A stretch of 64,000 nt of DNA from Polyangiaceae bacterium (GCA_035318465.1 DATHES010000045.1:53214-117213); one strand, 5' to 3'; positions 46,545-54,606 are shown, counted from the stretch's first letter. Notes: generated by a model not told the origin, from the sequence alone. Numbers and translations are program-made.

Positions 46545-47069
46545 TCATCGCTGCGCAGCAGCGTCCGCAGCACCCGGCGAAAGGGACGCGATCCAGCCGC
46601 TTACGCACGCGAGCACGGCGTCGGGTAGCCGACCGAGTCCGAACGGCATCCGCTCGCCACAAGGTGGCGTCACCGCCGCGAGTTTCTGCCAAAGAAACGA
46701 CTGCTCCGGAGCGCCCCGCACGACGCGCACCCAGTCCTTGCAAATCGACGACGGAACCTCGAAGAGCTGAGGCTCGAGCGGGGTTTCGACGAGCCGGAGC
46801 CCGAAGGCCGTCGTGTTGCCGCCGTGGCAGTTGTCCCAGCTGCATGCCACGCCGAAGAGATTCTTTTGAATCGACTCGCCGGTCGGCTCGCAGCGAATGG
46901 CGTTGAGATCGGGCAGCCAGCTCGGCGCATCGCCCGCGCTGGGCGCGTCTTGGGCGCTCTCAGCGTCGCTCTCGACAGACGTCACTGCACCAGAATCGGA
47001 GCAGCCTTGCGCGCCCGCTGCGGGCAAGAACGCACGGAGCGCGAGAAAGACGACGTCTCGCCGGTCCAC
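46545..47069 (-). CDS. lipoprotein with PSCyt1-like (planctomycete cytochrome c-like) domain, CxxxxCH variant
   Basis: GTG 47069 gives the signal MDRRDVVFLALRAFLPAAGAQGC. The C-terminal region reads LFGVACSWDNCHGG...FGLRL....VVRGAPEQSFLWQKL....MPFG...LP......V.GWI. This follows the PSCyt1 pattern C..CHG..GL.L...PG.PE.S.L...MP..L......WI, except for the 4-residue Cys spacing. Confidence 0.55.
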   Translation of the reverse strand: MDRRDVVFLALRAFLPAAGAQGCSDSGAVTSVESDAESAQDAPSAGDAPSWLPDLNAIRCEPTGESIQKNLFGVACSWDNCHGGNTTAFGLRLVETPLEPQLFEVPSSICKDWVRVVRGAPEQSFLWQKLAAVTPPCGERMPFGLGRLPDAVLACVSGWIASLSPGAADAAAQR

Positions 47070-47100
47070 GCTGCGCTGGGCGCGCGATCGGATCGTCCGA

Positions 47101-48705
47101 TCACCCAGGACGACCAAGCGCAGCCGCCCGGCGGGAGTGCTCCACGTACTCGGACCAGGTCTTGGGACCGCCCGGCTCTTGAAATGCCCAGCGGCGCGGC
47201 CCGTATTCCCCGTCGAGGTGACGCCGCACTTCCTCGAGCGCGGAGGACTGGATGCGGCAACGCTTGGCCGCGACGTCGATACCGTAGAGCTTGGCCGAGT
47301 TGAGGCCGAAGATCTTGGCCTTGTTGGCTTTGTCGAGCGGCGGGTAGCCATACTGCTGTTGCAGCTCTTCGGGGATATTGAGATTGCGAAACCACTCGAT
47401 GTACGGCTGGGGTGAACCGTAAATGACGCAGTCCGTTCCCCAGACGACCCGATCGACGCCGACGTACTTCATCAGCTTGCCGAAGAAATGCGCCGCCGCC
47501 GTGGCGTTCGTGTTCACCTGGTTGATGGCGCTGCCAACCTCGGCATACACGTTCTGGTTGGGACCGACGCCGTTGTCGATGAGCGAACGGATGAGCGCGT
47601 TCACGCCCGTCGGATTGGGCTCGCTGTCGTCGTAGGCCCCCTCCGGCGGGGCGGCATTGGTCGTCTCGAAGCCCGAGCAGATGCCCGAATGGTAAATGAT
47701 GAAGTTCGCCTGCGGGTAAGCCTTGGCGACGATGCCCACCTCGCGGGGGTGGTTGTGCTCTTTCTCGAAGAAGCTCCCGATGGGCAGGCCCTTGTGCACG
47801 CAAAACCGGTTCAAGCCGAGGGCAAGTCCGTGCTCGATGATCTGCCGCGACTCCGGCTCGTCCAAAAAGTACCCTGCTGACCCGCGGGGATCGATGGAGG
47901 CCGCATTGAAGCCGGGATACATCTTCCATCCCGCGGCGCCGCGTTCGCAGTAGAGCTTCGTCATCAGCTCTTTCTGCTTGTCGACGCCGGTGATGTCCTT
48001 CGGCAAGACTTGAAAGTGCTGCACGACGCGCTGGGTGTTGAACGCGAGTGCATTGATCTTGTCGCGCGATCCGACCATCGACTCGTTGGAGAGCGGCATC
48101 CCGCAGGGATCCATGTTCGAGGGATCGTCGGGGCACGAGGTGCCCGGCCACGACGTGAGCACGGTCATGGCGGTGTCGCTGTTCATGAACATGCTGTTGA
48201 TGTAGGCGTTTTCGTTGGCGATGATGAAAAGGGGCCCGAACTGCGCCAGAACCGACGGCGGAAAGCGCTTGGTGTCGTCGGTGTTGAACCAGTGGGTCTG
48301 CACGTCGAAGATGAACTCCTCGCCGGCCACGACGGTGCACGCGGCGGCCTCGTCGAACATCGCTTCGGGCGGCACGCAGAGGGGCCCTCCCGCTTCTTTG
48401 CCCGCGTCCACGGCCGGGCTGAGACCCGATCCGCCGTTGCTCGAGCAACCGCTCACCAGGTTGATGCACCAGAGCGTGGTCACCATCCCCATCGCGCTGG
48501 CCAGGAATTCGCGGCGATCCACGCCGAGACGGCGCGCGTTCTCGTCCGCTTTCTCGAGCACGAGACGGCGCAGCTTCGTCTCGTAAGGCGTTTCAAAGTG
48601 AAAGTACTCACCGTTCGAGCAAGGCCCCATCCACAAGGGCGGATTCAGCGGCAGCTCGGGATCGGTCTTCTTGCGCCTCTTCAGCCAGGGGAATTTGGTC
48701 TTCAT
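47101..48705 (-). CDS. exported metal-dependent amidohydrolase (Amidohydro_2-like TIM barrel) with Tat motif and lipobox
   Basis: DRREFLASAMG...LVSGC (twin-arginine plus lipobox) is preceded by an N-terminal extension of about 65 aa. The motifs FDVQTHW, CVHKG, IIYHSG and VVWGTDC fit amidohydrolase metal ligands. Confidence 0.8.
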   Translation of the reverse strand: MKTKFPWLKRRKKTDPELPLNPPLWMGPCSNGEYFHFETPYETKLRRLVLEKADENARRLGVDRREFLASAMGMVTTLWCINLVSGCSSNGGSGLSPAVDAGKEAGGPLCVPPEAMFDEAAACTVVAGEEFIFDVQTHWFNTDDTKRFPPSVLAQFGPLFIIANENAYINSMFMNSDTAMTVLTSWPGTSCPDDPSNMDPCGMPLSNESMVGSRDKINALAFNTQRVVQHFQVLPKDITGVDKQKELMTKLYCERGAAGWKMYPGFNAASIDPRGSAGYFLDEPESRQIIEHGLALGLNRFCVHKGLPIGSFFEKEHNHPREVGIVAKAYPQANFIIYHSGICSGFETTNAAPPEGAYDDSEPNPTGVNALIRSLIDNGVGPNQNVYAEVGSAINQVNTNATAAAHFFGKLMKYVGVDRVVWGTDCVIYGSPQPYIEWFRNLNIPEELQQQYGYPPLDKANKAKIFGLNSAKLYGIDVAAKRCRIQSSALEEVRRHLDGEYGPRRWAFQEPGGPKTWSEYVEHSRRAAALGRPG

Positions 48706-48755
48706 TGGCAGGGCCTCTTCTCAAGCCGCCCGCTGCGGCGTCGCGACGCGAAAGT

Positions 48756-49886
48756 TCAGAAATTGCTGGCCGACCAGGGTCGGCCGGAGCTCGGCGCGTA
48801 GTATCCGAACATGTTGCACATCTCCCCGGTGTGGACGGCGTCCCCAAATCGCAATGTCACGGGGCCGTCATTCACCACTTCGCACTCCCACTCGATGCGG
48901 TCGCCGGCCTTGAGATCGAGCAGGCCGCTCCAGGCGCCGGACTGACGTGTGTCCGCGTTCCAGGGCTGATTGATCTGGAGGCTGTCGAACGTGAACATCT
49001 TGGGATCGTGCCAGTCGTAGTCCTCGAAAATCTGCCGGCGTTCCCCGCCAATGACGGAGAACGCGGAGAATCGGACGGTATGGGAATGGTAGTGACCGGT
49101 GGCGCCCACCAGCCTCAGATCTTGTGCCGCCGTCGCTAGACCCTTCGTGATCTTGGTGGTGGCCGGCGGGATATTGGCGGCGAGCCCGGCCAGAAAGAAG
49201 ATGGGATCGGAGAGAACCTTCACCGTGCTCGCGTCCCGATAAATCACGTTGACCCAGGCTTCGCGCAGCATCGGAGTCGTCGATGTGTTGAGGTAGTGAA
49301 GCTGGAACACCGCTTGCGCGCGCGCCGTGAGCTTCTGGGCGAGACCGTCATTCTCGGGCGCGGGGTTTTGGCTGCGATCGATGTCGATGGTGGGCGTTTG
49401 CGCGCCGAGGATCATCGCCGTATCGAGCCCTTGATTGCACGCCTCCGGTCCATTGGAATCGGGCATTTCCGAGGAGCGGGTGAAGACGAGCAGGTGATGG
49501 GATCCGGGCCGCATCCGGCCGTGGTATTCCGAATGGAACACCTCGACGTCGTTGGGCGTCTTCATGAAGACGCAATCGGTCGTCTCTTCGCCGGGCATGA
49601 GGATGTACTTTTGGACCTCGGCCGGATCGTCGTAGTTCTTGGGACCGTAGTGAAGCTGCAACCCCAGGTTCGGCGGGGGTGGCTGGATGCAGAACTCGTC
49701 ACCCGCGTAGCCCGAATGGATGTTGCAGGGCATCGCGCCGGGGCCGACCGGCGGGCCAGCTTCGGGCGTCGTCGGGGGAGGAGGCGGGGGGTTAGCGGCG
49801 CTCGGCGCGCTGTCAGAGCCACACGCCGGCACGAGCGCGAATGCGCAAGCAAGCGGTAGCCAGGAGAGAATACTCAAGTTTTTCAT
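48756..49886 (-). CDS. copper type II ascorbate-dependent monooxygenase-like (PHM/DBH fold) lipoprotein
   Basis: SD ggagg and signal MKNLSILSWLPLACAFALVPAC. The motifs GSHHLLVF, FQLHY, GHYHSH and HTGEMCNMFGYY correspond to the CuH (HH...H) and CuM (HxH...M) ligand segments of peptidylglycine alpha-hydroxylating monooxygenase, as I remember that sequence. Confidence 0.75.
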   Translation of the reverse strand: MKNLSILSWLPLACAFALVPACGSDSAPSAANPPPPPPTTPEAGPPVGPGAMPCNIHSGYAGDEFCIQPPPPNLGLQLHYGPKNYDDPAEVQKYILMPGEETTDCVFMKTPNDVEVFHSEYHGRMRPGSHHLLVFTRSSEMPDSNGPEACNQGLDTAMILGAQTPTIDIDRSQNPAPENDGLAQKLTARAQAVFQLHYLNTSTTPMLREAWVNVIYRDASTVKVLSDPIFFLAGLAANIPPATTKITKGLATAAQDLRLVGATGHYHSHTVRFSAFSVIGGERRQIFEDYDWHDPKMFTFDSLQINQPWNADTRQSGAWSGLLDLKAGDRIEWECEVVNDGPVTLRFGDAVHTGEMCNMFGYYAPSSGRPWSASNF

Positions 49887-49931
49887 GAGGCCTCCTTCGG
49901 GGCTGCGAAAGCGCCATTCACTGTCAACTGG

Positions 49932-49965
49932 TTGGACCAGTAGCAGGTCCAATCGTATGGGACAA
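49932..49965 (-). promoter_or_regulatory. promoter-like element with embedded palindromic operator (candidate GntR site), copy 1
   Basis: Minus sense reads TTGTCC-17 nt-TACTGG, containing TTGGACC-7 nt-GGTCCAA (49932-49952). It lies 50 nt upstream of the monooxygenase ATG. The 22-nt core GGTTGGACCAGTAGCAGGTCCA recurs at 52356-52377 with one mismatch. Confidence 0.5.
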
Positions 49966-50042
49966 GGAAAAAAACCCTGCCGCATCAACGGTTGAGACCG
50001 CCGCCGCCCTTTTTCCTTGGGGGCGGACGAGGGCGGTCGCTT

Positions 50043-50888
50043 TCATCTCGATCCGCGCCGTCGCGGCCGCTCGGGGGCGGCCTCGCTCTCTGCGGGGGCC
50101 GTGCCGTCGAGCGACAACTCGTAGTTGGCGGCGAAGACAGCGACCGCCTCGCGCATCGCGACGCGAGTCTCGGTTTCGGCTCGAGCAGCGTCGCCGGCGC
50201 TGATCGCTTCGACGATCGATTTGCGATAGTCGTTGCTGCGAATCTCGTTGGCCGACCACTTTTCCGCCAGGGGTCCCATCGCGTAGAGGCCTTTGATGAG
50301 ACTGTTGAAGGCGAGCTGGTAGGCCAAGTTGTCGGCGCCTTGCACGGCGCGCTCCCAAAGATGCACCTCCAGCTGAAAGAGACGCTGATCGCCGGTGGCC
50401 TTTTGCATTTCACTGGCAATGGTCAGGAGCTCGTCCTTGAGGGTGCTGGTGGCGCGCAATGCGCAGAGCCGGGCAACGTCGGCGGCGATGGCGGCGCGCA
50501 TTTCGAGCACCGCCAACCACACGACCGCGACGTCCTTTCCCCCGCGCGCGTGCTCGGCCATGAGCGCGAGCAGATCCAAGCCGGCATGTCGTTTGAAGTC
50601 CAACACCTTGGTCTCGCCGCCCTGCGAAATCTTGAGCAGACCAATCTGCTCCAGCCGCTTCAGCGCCTCGCGCACGACGTGCCGATTGACGCCGAACACG
50701 TCGACGAGCGATCGTTCGGCGGGAAGGCTCGCCGAAGGCAAATAGCGACCTGTCATGATCTCGCTGGCGAGTTGCTCGAATACCTGGTCGGCAAGGGAGC
50801 GGTTTTGGATCGCACGCAGCGGCACGAAGTCTCTTATCTGGTTCCCGTCACGACGAGGCATGACCACCTTGGCGAAATCACCCGGCAT
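50043..50888 (-). CDS. GntR family transcriptional regulator (FadR subfamily, FCD domain)
   Basis: Winged HTH LPAERSLVDVFGVNRHVVREALKRLEQIGLLKI.QGGETKV followed by an all-helical FCD-type domain. The start is 10 nt after the stop of the propeller gene. Confidence 0.88.
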   Translation of the reverse strand: MPGDFAKVVMPRRDGNQIRDFVPLRAIQNRSLADQVFEQLASEIMTGRYLPSASLPAERSLVDVFGVNRHVVREALKRLEQIGLLKISQGGETKVLDFKRHAGLDLLALMAEHARGGKDVAVVWLAVLEMRAAIAADVARLCALRATSTLKDELLTIASEMQKATGDQRLFQLEVHLWERAVQGADNLAYQLAFNSLIKGLYAMGPLAEKWSANEIRSNDYRKSIVEAISAGDAARAETETRVAMREAVAVFAANYELSLDGTAPAESEAAPERPRRRGSR

Positions 50889-50898
50889 AGGACGACGC

Positions 50899-52350
50899 TC
50901 ACGGAAGACCGAACGCCACGAGGCCCCCCGGTTGGGTACCGCTGGGAAGCCATCCCCATCCGTGGCCGGCGAAGACCATTCCCCCGGAAACCGAGACGCC
51001 TCCCCCCATCGATAGCCCGACCGGCCGAGCCCAGAGCAGGTGGCCGTCGGCAATGTCGTATGCGCGCGCCTCGCCTGCCAGGGTAGGAACGAAGAGGATG
51101 CCGTTGGCGAGGGCGACACCGCCGAAGGTGCCCGGCGTCGTCGTGACGCGCCAGCGCACGTTGCCGTCCGCGGCATCGAGCGCGAAGATCGTGGCCTCAC
51201 CGGGACCTCCGCCCACACCCGCGCTGCCACCGGTACTGCCATTGTTGGAGGCGACGTAGATCACGCCATCGGCATAGGCGCTGGAGGCCATGACGCCGCC
51301 ATTGGAGCCTCCGGGGGTCAAAAGCGTGGTCCAGATCACCTCGCCGGTGTCGCGGTCGAGTGCGAAGTAGCGCCCGCCCTTGTCGCCCACGCCGACCATG
51401 GCGCGGCTGCCCACCTGGAAAAGGTTGGGGCTGGCGCCGACGTCGAAATCGGGACCGTTCGAGGTTGGAACCTGAAAACGGTCGCCCATGGTGAACTGCT
51501 GCGCCCAGGCGAGCTCGCCGGTTTCGTAACGGATGGCGATGAGCGCGTCTGAATAGGGCGAGGCGACGCCTTGCGTATACTCTTGCCCGGTGCCGATGAA
51601 CGCGAGCTTGCGGCCCTTGTCGATGGCCGCAGAGGACCAGACCGATACGCCGCTTCCGTCGGTCAGAAAGAGGCGCCACTTGACGGCGCCGGTCTTGACG
51701 TCGACGCCCACCACATTGCCGCGAAAGGCCGGCGTGGCAGGCAAGAAAACCTGGTAAGAGCCGACACCGATGAGAAGCAGGTCGTCAATGACGACCGGCG
51801 ACGACCACAGCATGAGCGAGGCTTGCTCGTCGATCCTCTGCTGCCACAGGATTTCGCCCGTTTTGCGATCGACGGAGGAAAGGAGCGCGGTGTGGGCTCC
51901 GATGTAGACGGCGTTTTCCGTGACGAAGGGGGAGTCGTTGACCTGATTGGGCGCACCGGCGGGCTGGACCGGGGTCGCCCAGATGGACTCGCCGCTGCGC
52001 GCATCGACGGCGCGGAGCACGCTGTTCCAGTCTCCGAAATAGGCGACACCGCCGAGCACGCACACGGTGCTGGTCACGGCCGTCTCCGAGAAGGACCACC
52101 GCGGCTCGAGCGTCGTCACGTTGCTCTTGGTGATGGTCTGCTCTAGCGGATTGTTCCGGCTGTTGTCGTAATCGCGCCCATAGGAGGGCCAGTCGGATGA
52201 CAGGGGCGGCGCGGCATCCGCGCCGCCATCGCCCTCGGGGGGTGTGAGCGCCGACGTCGAATCGCTGCACGCGGCGATGGCCGCGGAGAGTGCGAGGCCC
52301 TGCGCCAGCGCACGCCCTGATTGAAGGAAAATCGCCCCAACAGGTCTCAT
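50899..52350 (-). CDS. PQQ-dependent-dehydrogenase-like beta-propeller lipoprotein
   Basis: Signal MRPVGAIFLQSGRALAQGLALSAAIAAC. DWPSYGRDYDNSRNNPLEQ..T.SNVTTLEPRW is the quinoprotein N-terminal signature. Repeated A(V/L)D..TGE..W blades follow. The longer track ORF overlaps merR and was rejected. Confidence 0.8.
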   Translation of the reverse strand: MRPVGAIFLQSGRALAQGLALSAAIAACSDSTSALTPPEGDGGADAAPPLSSDWPSYGRDYDNSRNNPLEQTITKSNVTTLEPRWSFSETAVTSTVCVLGGVAYFGDWNSVLRAVDARSGESIWATPVQPAGAPNQVNDSPFVTENAVYIGAHTALLSSVDRKTGEILWQQRIDEQASLMLWSSPVVIDDLLLIGVGSYQVFLPATPAFRGNVVGVDVKTGAVKWRLFLTDGSGVSVWSSAAIDKGRKLAFIGTGQEYTQGVASPYSDALIAIRYETGELAWAQQFTMGDRFQVPTSNGPDFDVGASPNLFQVGSRAMVGVGDKGGRYFALDRDTGEVIWTTLLTPGGSNGGVMASSAYADGVIYVASNNGSTGGSAGVGGGPGEATIFALDAADGNVRWRVTTTPGTFGGVALANGILFVPTLAGEARAYDIADGHLLWARPVGLSMGGGVSVSGGMVFAGHGWGWLPSGTQPGGLVAFGLP

Positions 52351-52357
52351 CCGGTGG

Positions 52358-52391
52358 TTGGACCAGTAACAGGTCCACCCTCGATCGGCAA
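52358..52391 (-). promoter_or_regulatory. promoter-like element with embedded palindromic operator (candidate GntR site), copy 2
   Basis: Minus sense reads TTGCCG-17 nt-TACTGG, containing TTGGACC-7 nt-GGTCCAC (52358-52378). The -10-like hexamer ends 12 nt before ATG 52350, and no SD is present. Confidence 0.5.
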
Positions 52392-52463
52392 GGAAGAAAT
52401 CGCAGGCCCCCTCCCCTTCCGCGCGTTCCCGCGCCCGAGCACGGAAGCTTTCTTCGCCCCGGG

Positions 52464-53222
52464 CTAACGCCGTCGTTTCGTTCGCGGAGCGCGGGCCAGG
52501 GCTGCCAACTTGCCTGATTCGAGGAGCTTGCGCAGGGCCCGTTCCATCTCGCGCCCGAAAAGAATCCGCACCGCCTCCATGCCCGACGGCCGGAGCGCCT
52601 GAAAGAGCGCGCTGGCGTCCTTCGACTCGATGAGGCCCTTTCCCGCGCGTTTCATGAAGAGATCGACGAGATCGTCGACGGTGCGCCGCATGTGCTTGCG
52701 AATGATGGCAGCGGCTTCCTTGGCCGTCTCCAGATCGATGCCGACCGATTCGAGCTTCAGGGCAAGCGTGAGGAGCGCCGGGCTGTGAAGAAGGTAAACG
52801 TCCCCGTGGCGTTCGATCACCCCCACGCGCAAGAGCTCTCCGAGCAAGCCGGCGCGCCGCGAACCGGCCAGGCGATAGAGTTCCTCTTCGGTCACCGTTT
52901 TTGGCTGATCGTCGGCCCATGACGCCTGCAGCTGCTGCTCCACGCCGAGCCATTCCGCCAGATCGAGCTCTCCCCGATCGATGCTGGAGAGCAAATCGCG
53001 GATGGCATCGATGCGCAGCCCACGGTCCTGCAGCTGCGCGATGAGCTCGAGACGTTCGATGTGCGGCTTGCCGTAGTACGCGACGCGACCGCGGATCTCG
53101 GGGGGCATGAGGGCGCCGCGCGACTGGTAAAAGCGGATGGTGCGACTGGGCACGTGCGACGCCGTCGCGAGGTCATCGATGGTGTATTGAGGGGGTTCGG
53201 GGCGGACTTCGGGCGAGGACAT
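52464..53222 (-). CDS. MerR family transcriptional regulator
   Basis: YTIDDLATASHVPSRTIRFYQSRGALMPP..RGRVAYYG..H..RLELI..LQDRGL.I.AIRDLL. Trimmed from the 696-aa track ORF to MSSPEV (ATG 53222). Confidence 0.85.
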   Translation of the reverse strand: MSSPEVRPEPPQYTIDDLATASHVPSRTIRFYQSRGALMPPEIRGRVAYYGKPHIERLELIAQLQDRGLRIDAIRDLLSSIDRGELDLAEWLGVEQQLQASWADDQPKTVTEEELYRLAGSRRAGLLGELLRVGVIERHGDVYLLHSPALLTLALKLESVGIDLETAKEAAAIIRKHMRRTVDDLVDLFMKRAGKGLIESKDASALFQALRPSGMEAVRILFGREMERALRKLLESGKLAALARAPRTKRRR

Positions 53223-53263
53223 CTCGGGCTCTCGGCCCACCGTATTACCAGGGTCAGACAGAG

Positions 53264-54460
53264 TCACGCCATTGCGCGCATCACTTGCCGCACGCCCCCC
53301 TCGCGCGAGAGCTGCGCAATGTGCGCGAGGGCTTTGCGCAGCGTACGGCCCCAGGTGTCGGTCTTGTACGCGACTCCATGGCGCTCGCAGATGGCGCGAA
53401 CTTCCGGGGCGATTTGCCGCAAGCGCTGCGGCGGGAGCGTGGGGAAAAGGTGATGCTCGATCTGACGATCGAGACCACCGCACAAGACCGAGACCGGAAG
53501 ACTGACCTCGTAGTTGTTCGCGGCTTCGATCTGCATGGCGTACCAATCGGCGCGGCCGAGCGCCTTGGTCCCCTCGGGGTAAGTCGCCACGTCGTGTCCC
53601 ACGTGACCGCAGAAAATGGTCGCCGCCGAATAGACGTCGCGCATGCGCTCGGCCAGCCAGTTTCCGAGAAGCACTTTCCAGAAGAAAGGGCCCGCCAAGG
53701 CCGGAAAGAACACATAGTTCTTGATGAAGTAAGGGATGTATTTGCGCAGCGCCTTTTTCCAGGCGGCGCGCACGCTCTCCTTGGACCGGTCGGTGATGAA
53801 GTCGAACTGCTCGGGTCGGCCATTTCCTACGTAGACGTCGGTGAGACCGGTAAAGTGCAGGTTCATCAGGAAACCAAAAAACGGAAACAGAACGCCCAGC
53901 GTAAACGGCAGCTGATAACGATGCCGCGCGTCGTGGGGCGTGTGCTCGGTGAGGCGCACCGGCCCGAAATGGATATCCGGATCTTTGCCGGCGACGTTCG
54001 TATTTCCGTGATGGCGCACGTTGTGCCCATAACGCCAGGACGCTTCGTCGATGGGAGTATCCCAACGAAAGGTCTTGGACGACAGCGCCTTTCCCCCTGG
54101 GATTCGGTCGTAGGCGCCATGCAAAGCGGTGTGGCCGATTTCCGTCGCTTGCAGCTGCTTGTGGATCCAGAGCGCTCCCACGCCCAGGAAGAACGTCACC
54201 GGCTCCGGGCTCACATGGATGAGAACGCGGCCGACCACCTGCATCGCGAGAGAAAAACGGTTGAGCCTCTTCACATGAGCGAGATCGGTGCTCCCGAGCT
54301 CTGCAAAGGTACGTTCTTTCAGCTGGTCGAGCTCCTGACCGAAGCGGCGACGGCGCTCGGGGTCGGAGAAACGTTGGAGAATGACCGGCGTCTCTCGGAC
54401 GGCGGTGGAAGACGTCATGGGTGCATGCGCACCCGGTGCACTGGGTTGAATCGATTGCAT
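53264..54460 (-). CDS. membrane fatty acid (acyl-CoA/acyl-lipid) desaturase
   Basis: Three His boxes (HTALHG, HNVRHH, QIEHHLFP) and TM helices. SD gaggaggg lies before ATG 54460. Confidence 0.9.
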   Translation of the reverse strand: MQSIQPSAPGAHAPMTSSTAVRETPVILQRFSDPERRRRFGQELDQLKERTFAELGSTDLAHVKRLNRFSLAMQVVGRVLIHVSPEPVTFFLGVGALWIHKQLQATEIGHTALHGAYDRIPGGKALSSKTFRWDTPIDEASWRYGHNVRHHGNTNVAGKDPDIHFGPVRLTEHTPHDARHRYQLPFTLGVLFPFFGFLMNLHFTGLTDVYVGNGRPEQFDFITDRSKESVRAAWKKALRKYIPYFIKNYVFFPALAGPFFWKVLLGNWLAERMRDVYSAATIFCGHVGHDVATYPEGTKALGRADWYAMQIEAANNYEVSLPVSVLCGGLDRQIEHHLFPTLPPQRLRQIAPEVRAICERHGVAYKTDTWGRTLRKALAHIAQLSREGGVRQVMRAMA

Positions 54461-54525
54461 CAATCCCTCCTCGGGAAGACTGTCTGACCGTCACGCCACG
54501 GAGTGGAGCAGTAACTAACGTGACA

Positions 54526-54554
54526 GTTGTAAGTGTTACATCGGCCGATGTCAA
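54526..54554 (-). promoter_or_regulatory. sigma-70-like promoter upstream of the desaturase-merR operon
   Basis: Minus sense reads TTGACA (54549-54554), a 17-nt spacer, then TACAAC (54526-54531), about 65 nt upstream of the desaturase ATG. Confidence 0.35.
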
Positions 54555-54606
54555 GCGCGATCGCGCCGCCGCAGGGCAACGGCGGTAGCCGCAGCGCGCG
54601 AGCGAG

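Noticed and set aside
49953-49975. A7/T7 tract after gntR as an intrinsic terminator
   Set aside because: I could not find a convincing preceding stem (only 3-6 bp options). It may equally be an UP-like element of the downstream promoter. It is mentioned under the operator finding instead.
50899-52953. 684-aa version of the propeller gene
   Set aside because: The first 200 aa are Arg-rich and overlap merR in another frame. The lipoprotein signal starts at ATG 52350.
54517-54545. GTAAC...GTTAC inverted repeat overlapping the desaturase promoter as a MerR operator
   Set aside because: The arms are only 5 bp with a 19-nt spacer. The promoter spacer is 17 nt rather than the 19-20 nt typical of MerR-activated promoters. 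The evidence is too weak to call.
52464-54554. 696-aa ORF spanning merR and the desaturase region
   Set aside because: The N-terminal two thirds are out of frame with the desaturase, which has three His boxes in another frame. The MerR HTH begins at MSSPEV (53222).
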